A stretch of 64,000 nucleotides of DNA from a virus (taxonomy: Duplodnaviria > Heunggongvirae > Uroviricota > Caudoviricetes): the IMG/VR virus record IMGVR_UViG_3300037466_002980, positions 160,001-224,000 of that record; one strand, 5' to 3'. Within the stretch, counting starts at the first letter, position 1. Every line of letters starts with the position of its first letter. This document shows positions 45,090 to 55,122 of the stretch, one piece after another. The notes under the pieces were generated by a model. The model worked only from the letters and a program-made list of their open reading frames with translations, made no database searches and was not told the origin of the DNA. Made by a program: the position numbers and the translations under genes.

Positions 45090-45467
45090 CTAATCATTGA
45101 TAACTTCAACAGCAAGAGGCCAAGGTCCTTGATGACCAGTCATTCTTTTATAATGGTCATATCTTGTGTTATTTCTTGCATGAGTCTGAATTTTATTGGC
45201 TACAGTTTCGGCAACATCTCTACTTCCGTAGGTTGCGACAGCAGCCCATCCATTATTATGTGAATGGTGAACTCTTCTTGCGGCCTCATCAGCTGGTAAA
45301 CCTGTTCCGTAAACTACAGCCTCAATTACAACTTCAAATGGCGTAACCGGATCATTTAAAATCACAACAGTTGAACCACCCGGTTCTCGTAATGGTATTT
45401 CTTCTTGTTTCTTAACCGGTGGACGGTCAATAACTTCGCCTGCCTCTAAAATTTCGTCTATTTTCAT
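45090..45467 (-). CDS. clpS: ClpS-like N-degron adaptor
   Basis: VVILND..TP.E.V...A......H..G.A.V pattern. Confidence 0.75.
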   Translation of the reverse strand: MKIDEILEAGEVIDRPPVKKQEEIPLREPGGSTVVILNDPVTPFEVVIEAVVYGTGLPADEAARRVHHSHNNGWAAVATYGSRDVAETVANKIQTHARNNTRYDHYKRMTGHQGPWPLAVEVIND

Positions 45468-45494
45468 ATTATTCTCCGAACAACAGAATATTTA

Positions 45495-46532
45495 TTAGAG
45501 GTCGTTATAAATTTCAATCAACTTTGTCGGATCGATTGTTGTACTATCAATACCCGAAAGCTGTTCGGTAACAATCTGATCAATAGTTTTGAAATTTACA
45601 TTCAATGCAGAAGTGTTGGTTATTTCTTCATCTAAATTTCGAATAAGTTTAAATTCACGAACTTGATATTGAGTTAAAAAAGTTTCACGAAGAAATAAAG
45701 CTTCTTCGTATGTAATATCTAGATCTAATGTAACCTGAAGATACGTTTTTGACTTTAGATAAAGTTCAGGATTTTCAAGTAATGAAGAAAGACTGATACT
45801 AATAAATCGCGGACCTTCTTCATAATTTAAAAATTCCGGAGATTTATCCCATTCAAGAAACATTGCTCCTCTTTCGAAATCCCATGTATCGGAATAATTA
45901 TGTCCAAACGGATTACCAATATAATTAATCTTACCTTTGGTTTGCCTTTTATGGAAATGTCCAGAAAATACATAATCCTGATGTTTGAAATGTGTGCTAT
46001 TTAAAGTTCCAGTATCTGGCATCTCCACCATAGCATTCATTTTAAATCCCGGTAATTCTAAATGGCCAAATAGATATTTAGATTTGAGTGCTGATACATT
46101 TTTCCATTCTTCCTCAACTAACCAAGGAACCAATGCAACATCATTCTTCAATACAGGTGAATCAATTAATTCTACATTTGGATATAGTGAGGCAAACTTT
46201 GCTGAAGTCACTGCTCGACTTTCACGATAATATAAATCATGATTACCAACCATAAAATATGTCTTTTCAAAATTATCATTCAAAAGCTGAATAAATTTGA
46301 GAGCATATTCTGCAGTCTGAACATTAATTGTATTTCTATGATGCATAAAATCACCAAGAAAGATGCATGTTTCTGCATCTCTTTTCTTAGCTTCATTTAC
46401 AAACCATTGACCGAAATCCATACAATCTTGATTATGTTCTTCAGCATTATGTCTTAATCCAAGATGTATATCTGTGAAGGCCATACATCGTTTAAAAAGA
46501 TTAGTCATGATCCCTCGCATAATCTTGGGCAT
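45495..46532 (-). CDS. Recombination nuclease subunit (gp47/Mre11-like)
   Basis: DIH.G, GD, GNHD, GH, SGHFH. Confidence 0.93.
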   Translation of the reverse strand: MPKIMRGIMTNLFKRCMAFTDIHLGLRHNAEEHNQDCMDFGQWFVNEAKKRDAETCIFLGDFMHHRNTINVQTAEYALKFIQLLNDNFEKTYFMVGNHDLYYRESRAVTSAKFASLYPNVELIDSPVLKNDVALVPWLVEEEWKNVSALKSKYLFGHLELPGFKMNAMVEMPDTGTLNSTHFKHQDYVFSGHFHKRQTKGKINYIGNPFGHNYSDTWDFERGAMFLEWDKSPEFLNYEEGPRFISISLSSLLENPELYLKSKTYLQVTLDLDITYEEALFLRETFLTQYQVREFKLIRNLDEEITNTSALNVNFKTIDQIVTEQLSGIDSTTIDPTKLIEIYNDL

Positions 46533-47463
46533 CTTCTCTTAGGCGACGAATTTCATTTTCAACTTCAAGTTGACGAGAGAAGCTTGGACTTGCACCACTA
46601 TCAATAAGTAAATCATCACGTATATCTTGATTTCGTTTTTCAATATTCAAAACTCTTGTGAAACTATTTGTTACACTTGCAGTATAATATGAAAATGGAT
46701 TATCGGATTTATATTCGTCGAATTGAAGTCCCATCTGGGATAATTGAAGAAGTGCTTGCCCCTTCATTTCATCGATGTATGTATAACCTCGCCAATTTCC
46801 TTTTTGAGCATATCTATTAACCATTAAAATAAACATTTCGGCTAATTTATTTGTAATAGATCCATGTTCGAGTGAAAATTTTCCTTTTCTAGAATGTGAT
46901 CTTCCAACTTCTTTAGCAATATTATTTTCAATGATATAATGCTTGAAGGGATAGAAATTTAATTTCACATAATTATCGGCAAGATTTTTCGGATTCTTCT
47001 TACGTCCCGGTGCCAACGGAATATGATCGAAACATAAAACTCTATAGACTAAATCATCTAATGAAATAGTTTCTGGTTTAATCTTATATTCAGATAGTTT
47101 AGGTTTATTTGATTTCGATACATTCGGTGCTGTATTTGCTAATGCAGCTTCAAATGCCGATACACTTAATCTTGCGGCACGATTAATTTTTGCCTTCTCT
47201 TGAACTTCTGGATTAAATATGTCAGAAAGATTTTCAACAATTACGTCATAGTCGCTATATTTTCCTTCAACGTATTCACAAAAAGAATTTTTACTTTTAT
47301 GAATTTCTTTTAACATATCTTTATTATTAAGATAATTAATTTTCTTGGCAGGTACTACTTCTACCACCACCGGAGTTTCCACCACAATTTCATCTGATAT
47401 CTCATCTAAATCTGTTGAAGATTCAATATCGAATGTTTCTTCGTCGTCGTTGGGGAATGTCAT
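46501..47463 (-). CDS. Late-transcription sigma factor (gp55-like)
   Basis: NYLNNK, NWRGYTY.DEM, FDE.KS.NPF.Y.T. Confidence 0.85.
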   Translation of the reverse strand: MTFPNDDEETFDIESSTDLDEISDEIVVETPVVVEVVPAKKINYLNNKDMLKEIHKSKNSFCEYVEGKYSDYDVIVENLSDIFNPEVQEKAKINRAARLSVSAFEAALANTAPNVSKSNKPKLSEYKIKPETISLDDLVYRVLCFDHIPLAPGRKKNPKNLADNYVKLNFYPFKHYIIENNIAKEVGRSHSRKGKFSLEHGSITNKLAEMFILMVNRYAQKGNWRGYTYIDEMKGQALLQLSQMGLQFDEYKSDNPFSYYTASVTNSFTRVLNIEKRNQDIRDDLLIDSGASPSFSRQLEVENEIRRLREDAQDYARDHD

Positions 47464-47491
47464 GTAAATTTTCTCCTATAAGAGTTTCATC

Positions 47492-47520
47492 ATTATAACG
47501 AAAATCACGAAAAAGGTCAA
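47492..47520 (-). promoter_or_regulatory. sigma70-type promoter for gp55-47-46 operon
   Basis: TTGACC-17 nt-TATAAT. Confidence 0.75.
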
Positions 47521-47581
47521 GGATTTCATTATGTCCCTTGTTTATTACCAGATAAATACCAAAGTAGGAGAATTATCGGCA

Positions 47582-48268
47582 ATGCCACAAGTAGATTTCA
47601 GAGCGAGATTACAACCTAAAGATTTCGATAGACAAGCACAAGATAGTGATGTTTTGGGTCCTAGAAATCCAAATAACATTCTATTTCCTCTTTGGAATAC
47701 AAGTGGTGTTCTTTTTCCATATACTCCGTCTATAACCACTGGTAGCGTAGCTGAATACGATCCAACAGCTTTTATTCACTCAAACTATGGATATAACGCA
47801 TATGTTCGATCTTATCCAAGACCAATTAGTATCGCTGCTGAATTTACAGCTCAAACAAATGATGAAGCATTATATTTATTGGCGGTCCTTTGGTTTTTCC
47901 GTTCCATAACGAAATCTTATTTTGGTATTAATCCATACAATAAGGCCGGTACACCACCACCCACATTGATATTTAATTATTTAGGTGATTATCAATTTAA
48001 TAATGTTCCGGTTGTTGTGAAAAATTTTGATTTCACATATGAATCTAATATCGATTATGTTCCAGTTAGTACCGCACTGAATAGTCAATATGCAGGAAAT
48101 ATCGGAGTAGATTTAGCACCAGGATCTTCATCGGGATTTACTTATGTTCCAACACACTTGAGTGTGAATGTTGAATTAGATACACAATATATTCCTATAC
48201 AGACCAGAAATGAATTTAACCTTGATGATTTTAGACAAGGAAAGCTAATCAATAAAGGATTTATCTAA
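47582..48268 (+). CDS. Baseplate/tail tube initiator-like protein (gp48/gp54-like)
   Basis: FPYTP, G.PPP; start moved to ATG after AGGAG. Confidence 0.65.
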   Translation: MPQVDFRARLQPKDFDRQAQDSDVLGPRNPNNILFPLWNTSGVLFPYTPSITTGSVAEYDPTAFIHSNYGYNAYVRSYPRPISIAAEFTAQTNDEALYLLAVLWFFRSITKSYFGINPYNKAGTPPPTLIFNYLGDYQFNNVPVVVKNFDFTYESNIDYVPVSTALNSQYAGNIGVDLAPGSSSGFTYVPTHLSVNVELDTQYIPIQTRNEFNLDDFRQGKLINKGFI

Positions 48269-48555
48269 TGGCCCAGAATAGTAAAGATACTAGTCAATAC
48301 CTTCTCACACCGACGAAAGATTGGTACCTTGATATTTGGGTGCCCAGAGTAGTTTCAAAAAATGACTTTGATAAAGTTATTATCATTCCGCCTTCATTTG
48401 ATCAGAGACCCGATTTATTAAGTTATCAGGAATACGGAACACCTTCACTTTGGTGGGTGTTTGCGGTTAGAAATCCGGATTTAATTATTGATCCAATTAA
48501 CGATTTTGTTGCTGGATTACAGATATACGTACCTAATAATATACTTAAACAATAA
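48268..48555 (+). CDS. Baseplate wedge gp53-like (LysM-type)
   Basis: RPDLLSY..YG...LWWV. Confidence 0.8.
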   Translation: MAQNSKDTSQYLLTPTKDWYLDIWVPRVVSKNDFDKVIIIPPSFDQRPDLLSYQEYGTPSLWWVFAVRNPDLIIDPINDFVAGLQIYVPNNILKQ

Positions 48556-51299
48556 TGGCTGATTTAAAATCTTTTATGAGTAATAGTGTTCAAAACACTA
48601 TTAATTCTGTAACAAATAATATCAATTCAACAGTTAATTCAGCTGTTAATTCTGCTACGAGCAAAGTTAATTCAACAATTTCGTCATTCACTTCCCAAAT
48701 TCCGGGTGCAGGTTCCATTCCTGCATTAAATCCTACAACTTTAGATAATAATGCTTTTACCTTTAACGATACCGGCAATTCTGTAGGATCAAGCACAACC
48801 TCAACAACATCTCCCACAGCGGACTATAAATTAAATTTCTTGCCAAACGTTCTAGATAATTACGATGTTTACACTTATCATTGGAAACTTTTTATAACAT
48901 CATTGAATGATGCAACAAGTGGAAATATTTTAAATCTTGATGCACAGACAATAATTGCAGAAAGCGGAGTATCTGATTTAACAATTGATAAAGTAGAATT
49001 TCATTCAATTTGTGTCCCATCTATTGAAGCAGGAACTGGAACACAAACAATTGTTAAATTTGAAATTATGGAACCGGCAGGTGCAGGTTTAATCGATAAA
49101 CTCTATTATCAGGCAACAGCATTAGGTATTGGAAACTGGATGGTTATGCCGTGTTTCTTACAATTAGAATTTAGAGGAAGAAATCCCGATACATCGAGCT
49201 CGGATATTGACGGTGCATCCGGTGGCCTTGGATCATTGAAATGGGTTTGGCCGGTTAAATTAACTACCGCCAAGGCAAACGTAACCAAAATGGGAACATT
49301 GTATCAATTTGATGCAATTTTCTATTCAGAACTCGGTCAATCAAATTCATATTTTAATATTCAACATAACGTGGTATTGAAAAAGTTAAAAACTTTCAGA
49401 GATGCTATGACAGAACTTGAAGATAAACTAAATGCTGACCAGTTTGAAAAGTTAATTGACAACTATAGCATTCCGGATACCTATAAAATTATCATAGATC
49501 CTGCCTTTGCTGATAAACCAATAACGTTAACTCCTTCAAATAAAAACACTTCTCGTGGAAACGATTATTTGGATTTTGAAAAGAAAACCGCAACTTATAA
49601 TGCTGGAACAAGTATTGATAAGATTGTCGATTCTTTGTGCGGAAGTATGGATTATTTTCAGCAAAAATTACAAAGTTCTAATACCCCAGATGCACAACCA
49701 AATTCGATAAATCAAGAACCAACGCAAATGAAAACTCTATGGAGAGTTATTACAGAAACCAAACCAATTGCTTATGATGCCTTGCGTCAAGATAATGCTG
49801 TTGAAGTTACCATTTATATCGTCGAATATGACATAGGCATTTTAGATATCGATGCTGCCCAAACAGGCCAGACGCCCGATACAATTAATGCGGCTAAGAA
49901 AAGATTTGCTGAATATGCAAAGAGAAAAATTCTAAATAAGAAATATAATTATATCTTTACCGGTTTAAATGATCAAATTCTCGAATTAGATTTAAACATG
50001 AATTTTTCATTTATATCGACACTATCCAGATTTGGTGGAATTTATTCAGATACTGCTACCAACGAATATGGTGTAGTTGCTCATAATAATGCCGAGACTG
50101 CTAAGAATGCAGCGGAACAGGTGCGCCAGACTTTACAATTCGTTAATAATGCTACGAATACACAAGAATCACAAGATAAAATTAATAATACCATTCAGAG
50201 TATTAACGCTGCCCAATTAGATAATGATACAAAACAACGATATATCGCAATTTTAAATTTTGCCAAGAATCCCGATAGGCAATCTGCTGCAAATCAAATC
50301 ACGACTGCAGGTGGAATTGGAAATGCTTCGACACTTTCGGAGGCTACACGAAATGCTGTTTCGCTTGCTCAACCATTATCGGCAACAAATAGTAATGGTG
50401 ATAATATTAATTTAACATTTATTTCAGATGTAAATATTAATTCCACACAGGCACAACAGACAGCAACCTCATATCAAGAATCTTTAAAGAAGGAAAAATT
50501 AAGACCGATTGCATTTAGAGAAGGATCACAAGAAGTTAACCTTCAAACTGGTATAGATCCTAGCAGCAATCCGGGAAGACAACGAACATCTAGCATTTTT
50601 GCAACAGCCTTATATCAAGGTATGGGTGATGTAAGTTTAACTCATTTGAAAATGAAAATTAAAGGTGATCCATATTGGGTTTTTCCTCGAAATATTGGCA
50701 AAGATATTACAATCTTTCCATACAAATCCAATTTAGCACCATTAGACGCTATTAATGAAATAAAGAAAGCTCATATACAATATCCAAATTCTGTTAATTT
50801 ATTTGGAACTGATAATTTCATTGTAATTCGTTTTAGGACTCCGAGAATCTATAATGCCACTTCTTCTCCGACAGACCCATTTAGTGAAGTAGAAACATTT
50901 AGTGGTGTTTATAAGGTTATTAGAGTTGTAAGTCATTTTGAAAATGGAAAATTCACACAGGAACTTGAATGTATTATCGATCCCGTAATCGATCTTGCAG
51001 ACTTCTTAAAAGATATCGAAGATGCTGTTAAAAATCCCGATCTAACTATTCAGCAAACTGCAGATACTACAATTTCTATTCCCGATCTTTCGATTAAGAC
51101 AGATAGAATTTCATCTGCAGAAAATTTAATAAACGGACAGGTTGCTACCGTGCGTAATCAAATTGGAAGTGTTGTTAGCACCGCACAAACAACAGTTGGA
51201 AAAATTCAAGGAGCGGTAAGTAACATTCCTACAATTATTCCAACACCAGACCAGGCAGTTGCTCAAGCCCTTGCCGCAGCAGGAATTGGAAATATATAA
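48555..51299 (+). CDS. Baseplate hub protein (gp27-like)
   Basis: I.GDPYW, FSGVY.V..V...F..G.F.Q.L; position before gp5. Confidence 0.6.
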   Translation: MADLKSFMSNSVQNTINSVTNNINSTVNSAVNSATSKVNSTISSFTSQIPGAGSIPALNPTTLDNNAFTFNDTGNSVGSSTTSTTSPTADYKLNFLPNVLDNYDVYTYHWKLFITSLNDATSGNILNLDAQTIIAESGVSDLTIDKVEFHSICVPSIEAGTGTQTIVKFEIMEPAGAGLIDKLYYQATALGIGNWMVMPCFLQLEFRGRNPDTSSSDIDGASGGLGSLKWVWPVKLTTAKANVTKMGTLYQFDAIFYSELGQSNSYFNIQHNVVLKKLKTFRDAMTELEDKLNADQFEKLIDNYSIPDTYKIIIDPAFADKPITLTPSNKNTSRGNDYLDFEKKTATYNAGTSIDKIVDSLCGSMDYFQQKLQSSNTPDAQPNSINQEPTQMKTLWRVITETKPIAYDALRQDNAVEVTIYIVEYDIGILDIDAAQTGQTPDTINAAKKRFAEYAKRKILNKKYNYIFTGLNDQILELDLNMNFSFISTLSRFGGIYSDTATNEYGVVAHNNAETAKNAAEQVRQTLQFVNNATNTQESQDKINNTIQSINAAQLDNDTKQRYIAILNFAKNPDRQSAANQITTAGGIGNASTLSEATRNAVSLAQPLSATNSNGDNINLTFISDVNINSTQAQQTATSYQESLKKEKLRPIAFREGSQEVNLQTGIDPSSNPGRQRTSSIFATALYQGMGDVSLTHLKMKIKGDPYWVFPRNIGKDITIFPYKSNLAPLDAINEIKKAHIQYPNSVNLFGTDNFIVIRFRTPRIYNATSSPTDPFSEVETFSGVYKVIRVVSHFENGKFTQELECIIDPVIDLADFLKDIEDAVKNPDLTIQQTADTTISIPDLSIKTDRISSAENLINGQVATVRNQIGSVVSTAQTTVGKIQGAVSNIPTIIPTPDQAVAQALAAAGIGNI

Positions 51300-53827
51300 T
51301 GCCATATTTAGATAGTCATGCTAGAACTACGAAACCAACAAAAAACGAAATGTTTCAACCAGCTGGTAGAATACCGACATTGTTCGGTGTATTCGTTGGT
51401 TTCGTAAAAGATGTAAAAGATGTTCAAAAAAACGGAAGATTAAGAGTTTGGATTCCGGAATTAGGATCTGCACCAGATAATCCCGATGGTTGGGTCATTG
51501 TTAACTATTGTTCACCTTTTGCTGGAGCAACAAACGTAGAAACATCGGGAAAAAGTGCATTCGAAGCATTTGATAAAACACAAACCTCTTATGGATTCTG
51601 GATGATTCCGCCCGACATTAACAATCAAGTTTTGGTAATGTTTATAAACGGAGACCCGTCTAGAGGAATATGGATTGGTTCTCTTTATAACCAATTTATG
51701 AATAATATGGTTCCGGGAATGTCCTCAAGTACAAATAACTATCAATATCCTGGAAAAAATATACCAGTTGCAGAATATAATAAATGGAATTCAAAGGTAA
51801 CAGATCCCGATGCTGCTACAAAACCATACGAACAAACAAAATTTCAAGGTATTGGAAATCAAGGACTTATAACAGATGACCAACGTGGTGTAACAAATAC
51901 ATCAGCTAGAAGAGAATCTCCTAGCCAAGTGTTTGGTATCCTAACACCGGGCCCTGCAATTGATGCGTCAGCTTCGCCGGAAGCAATAAGAAGAAAGGGT
52001 GGTTCTGCATTCATAATGGATGACGGAGATGGACACGAATATATTCAGTTGGCAACCAAAACCGGAGCTCAGATTAAATTAGACGAAACAAATGGTTTCA
52101 TATATGTTATTAATCGTGATGGAACAGGATGGATTCAAATTGATGAAAAAGGAAATATAGATCTTTTTGGTGCAGCAAATATTTCTTTAAGATCACAAGC
52201 TGACATTAACTTTCGAGCTGATAGAAATATTAATATTGAAGCAGGACAGAATATCTATTTAAAGGCTGCGATGGATACCGTTCAAAGCACAACCGATTTC
52301 ACATACGATGTTAATAATGATCCTACTGCATCGAAAATACCTTATTTCAAATATGTAGGCGAAGGAAAAGGACAAGGCGGAAATATTGTTATGCAGGCAT
52401 GGAATAATTGGCATAGTACCACTTATAACACTGCCTATTTAAGTGTGATTCAAAACAATATGAATATTGATATTGGAAACTCATTTGCATTAACAACTGT
52501 TGCTGGTGGACAAGATTATAATTCTAAGATGGGAATTAAGTTTGCAACCCAGGCGTCTGTTGATATTGCTGCCACAACAAATATTCGTGTAAATGCAAAT
52601 GGTTCCATATCTTTATCGTCACAAGATGATGTAACAATGTGTTCAAAGACAAAATTCAGTATTAATGGCGATACAGGTGTTGCAATTTCTAGTGCTAATC
52701 AAATCGGTGTTACCGGAAACACAATTTTTGGAGACGATGTTGGAATTGTTGGTACATTGACAGTGGCAGGTGGAAGTACATTAGCTGGTCCAGTAAGCAC
52801 CGGTGGTTCCGCACCAGTAAATCCTCCGATAGATCCAAATAGTCCCGATCCTGCATTGGTTGCACAAACCGCAATTCAGGCAGAAATTAAACCTATGGTT
52901 GATAAGATCAATATCTTAGCAACATGGTCGACAATTTCGAATTTTCCAGAATGGCAACCAGATCAGAATTATAAAGCGAATGATATTGTTACCTATAAAG
53001 GAATCGCATACATCGCGAAGAATTCTGTTCCATTTACACAGGTGTTTGATATTACCTTCTGGGACATATATGTTCCGCCTGATAAGTTTAAGAGAAATGC
53101 TGAAGGTGTAAGAACAACTGTTACAAGATTCCCAACATATGAACCATGCCCAGAACATGATAATTTTAAACTATCCTCTATTACCGGATATACTCCTGTT
53201 AAGACCGAGGGCGATAAAACATATGAAGGATCTGGTGCTCCTGGTAATGATAATGCAACATCTCCACCGCCTGACACTACACCTGGTGCAAATAATACAG
53301 ATGTTCAACCGGAATCATCTTCTAATAGTGTTGTTTCAAAAGACTTCAATATGCCTGCATATGAATGCCAATTGAAGATACACGAAGGTGTAAAATATCA
53401 ATCATATCTTGATTCGAGAAATTTACCTACAGGCGGAATTGGGCATTTGCTTAGAACAAATGAAATATCACAATATCCTGTTCCAAGCCCATTAAGTGAA
53501 GATCAAGTTACAACTTGGTTTAATTTTGATGCACCAAGTTCGATTAAAGGAATTCAAGATCTCCTAGGAATTGATACATGGGGTAATCTTTCCGATGTTA
53601 GAAAACGTGCCTGTGCAGACCTTTGTTACAATATGGGCCCTACTAGACTATCAAAGTTTACCAATTTCATTTCTGCAATGAAGGTTGGTAATTATTCGGT
53701 AGCAGGAAAAGCATTACAAGATTCTAAATGGTACACTCAGGTCGGAAGAAGAGGACCAAATATTATTTCTATGATCACACAAAACATCGATCCTAACGGA
53801 TGCGATAAGAAATTTCCAACTACATAG
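51299..53827 (+). CDS. Baseplate spike gp5-like with CBM-like and C-terminal GH24 lysozyme domains
   Basis: OB-fold GRLRVWIP, V.V.F.NGD; HEG....YLD.....T.GIGH; S.WY.QV..R. Confidence 0.88.
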   Translation: MPYLDSHARTTKPTKNEMFQPAGRIPTLFGVFVGFVKDVKDVQKNGRLRVWIPELGSAPDNPDGWVIVNYCSPFAGATNVETSGKSAFEAFDKTQTSYGFWMIPPDINNQVLVMFINGDPSRGIWIGSLYNQFMNNMVPGMSSSTNNYQYPGKNIPVAEYNKWNSKVTDPDAATKPYEQTKFQGIGNQGLITDDQRGVTNTSARRESPSQVFGILTPGPAIDASASPEAIRRKGGSAFIMDDGDGHEYIQLATKTGAQIKLDETNGFIYVINRDGTGWIQIDEKGNIDLFGAANISLRSQADINFRADRNINIEAGQNIYLKAAMDTVQSTTDFTYDVNNDPTASKIPYFKYVGEGKGQGGNIVMQAWNNWHSTTYNTAYLSVIQNNMNIDIGNSFALTTVAGGQDYNSKMGIKFATQASVDIAATTNIRVNANGSISLSSQDDVTMCSKTKFSINGDTGVAISSANQIGVTGNTIFGDDVGIVGTLTVAGGSTLAGPVSTGGSAPVNPPIDPNSPDPALVAQTAIQAEIKPMVDKINILATWSTISNFPEWQPDQNYKANDIVTYKGIAYIAKNSVPFTQVFDITFWDIYVPPDKFKRNAEGVRTTVTRFPTYEPCPEHDNFKLSSITGYTPVKTEGDKTYEGSGAPGNDNATSPPPDTTPGANNTDVQPESSSNSVVSKDFNMPAYECQLKIHEGVKYQSYLDSRNLPTGGIGHLLRTNEISQYPVPSPLSEDQVTTWFNFDAPSSIKGIQDLLGIDTWGNLSDVRKRACADLCYNMGPTRLSKFTNFISAMKVGNYSVAGKALQDSKWYTQVGRRGPNIISMITQNIDPNGCDKKFPTT

Positions 53828-53839
53828 GAGAAATAAAGA

Positions 53840-54658
53840 ATGCCATGTGCTGCACCTACAACTGTTGTTGGCGGAGTTACATTATCAACTAACAATTTTG
53901 AAAATGCTCAAGCCTTGATTGCTACGGTTGGATCGGACCAATCGGATCCAACCGCTGATGAATATGAAGGTTATATTGCTAATGGCAATAATACCAACGG
54001 AACAACCGGAATTCAACAATCACCCTTACCAACACAGACTACATTACCACCTACATCGTCGATCCCTCCAAAGCAAACCAATGATACGCCTGCCTCTGGT
54101 AAAAATGGAACACCGGTTGTTTCGCCCACATGGGATGGATCTAATTATGATATCGCCATGAGTACAAATTTCATTCTAAGAAATTTTACTGTAGGATATG
54201 GATCTGGAGATCCAAATACCACATCACGAGGATGTTTATTTCCAAATGAACTAAATGATGGCTTCGGATTAACAAAACAACAAAGGTTTGAAAATCTTCA
54301 AGCCCTATCGGTTAACATATTGGAACCTTTGTGGAATAAGTTTGGTCCTTTTAGAATTAATTCTGGCATAAGAAACGAAAATTCTGTTAAACCACCTGGA
54401 ATCAGTCAGCATTGCACTGGACAGGCAGTTGATATTCAATTTCCAGATTGGACATATGATAGTTATTGGCAAAATGCTCCCTGGGTAAAGGATAATCTTC
54501 CGTTTGACCAATTTATTTTTGAACATAGTTCGAGAACTAAAACAGTCTGGTTTCATCTTAGCTATAATTCATCGGGTGGACGATCAACATCAGATCCCAC
54601 GAAGGTTATGACTATGTATCGTGGATGTTATGATTCTGGATTGAAACGTTATTATTAA
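53840..54658 (+). CDS. Peptidase M15A-like endopeptidase
   Basis: INSG.R, SQH..GQAVD, W.H.S. Confidence 0.85.
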   Translation: MPCAAPTTVVGGVTLSTNNFENAQALIATVGSDQSDPTADEYEGYIANGNNTNGTTGIQQSPLPTQTTLPPTSSIPPKQTNDTPASGKNGTPVVSPTWDGSNYDIAMSTNFILRNFTVGYGSGDPNTTSRGCLFPNELNDGFGLTKQQRFENLQALSVNILEPLWNKFGPFRINSGIRNENSVKPPGISQHCTGQAVDIQFPDWTYDSYWQNAPWVKDNLPFDQFIFEHSSRTKTVWFHLSYNSSGGRSTSDPTKVMTMYRGCYDSGLKRYY

Positions 54659-54702
54659 GTTGGTATATTATTTTCCTTGATAAATAACAAAAAGGGAATA
54701 AT

Positions 54703-55122
54703 ATGGCACTTAATCAACTTGGATTTGTTCAAAAAAATATAATTACAAAGAAACCATACTTTGTTGGTTTTAACACTGTTGGTCAATCTCGCCCTCCTTA
54801 TTCACTAACTAATATCGAACTTGTCAAACGCGATATAAACAATCAGTTTGCTACACCAATGGGTTCCAGGGTAATGCTACCTACATATGGAACAAAAATC
54901 TATAGTTATCTTTTTGATCCTTTTGACGAATATACAAAGAATTCTATTATTCAAGATGCAACAAGAGTTGTTCAATCCGATCCAAGAGTATCTTTAGTTT
55001 CAATTGATGTATTCCAAGAAGATCAGGCATTAACTGTTGCAATGATATTGAAATTTCAACCGGAATCGGTTACCGATAGTTTATTTGTAACATTTAGCCA
55101 ACAGAATCAGGAGTCATTCTAA
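54703..55122 (+). CDS. Baseplate wedge gp25-like
   Basis: G.R.M.P.YG...LFDP, DPRV. Confidence 0.85.
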   Translation: MALNQLGFVQKNIITKKPYFVGFNTVGQSRPPYSLTNIELVKRDINNQFATPMGSRVMLPTYGTKIYSYLFDPFDEYTKNSIIQDATRVVQSDPRVSLVSIDVFQEDQALTVAMILKFQPESVTDSLFVTFSQQNQESF

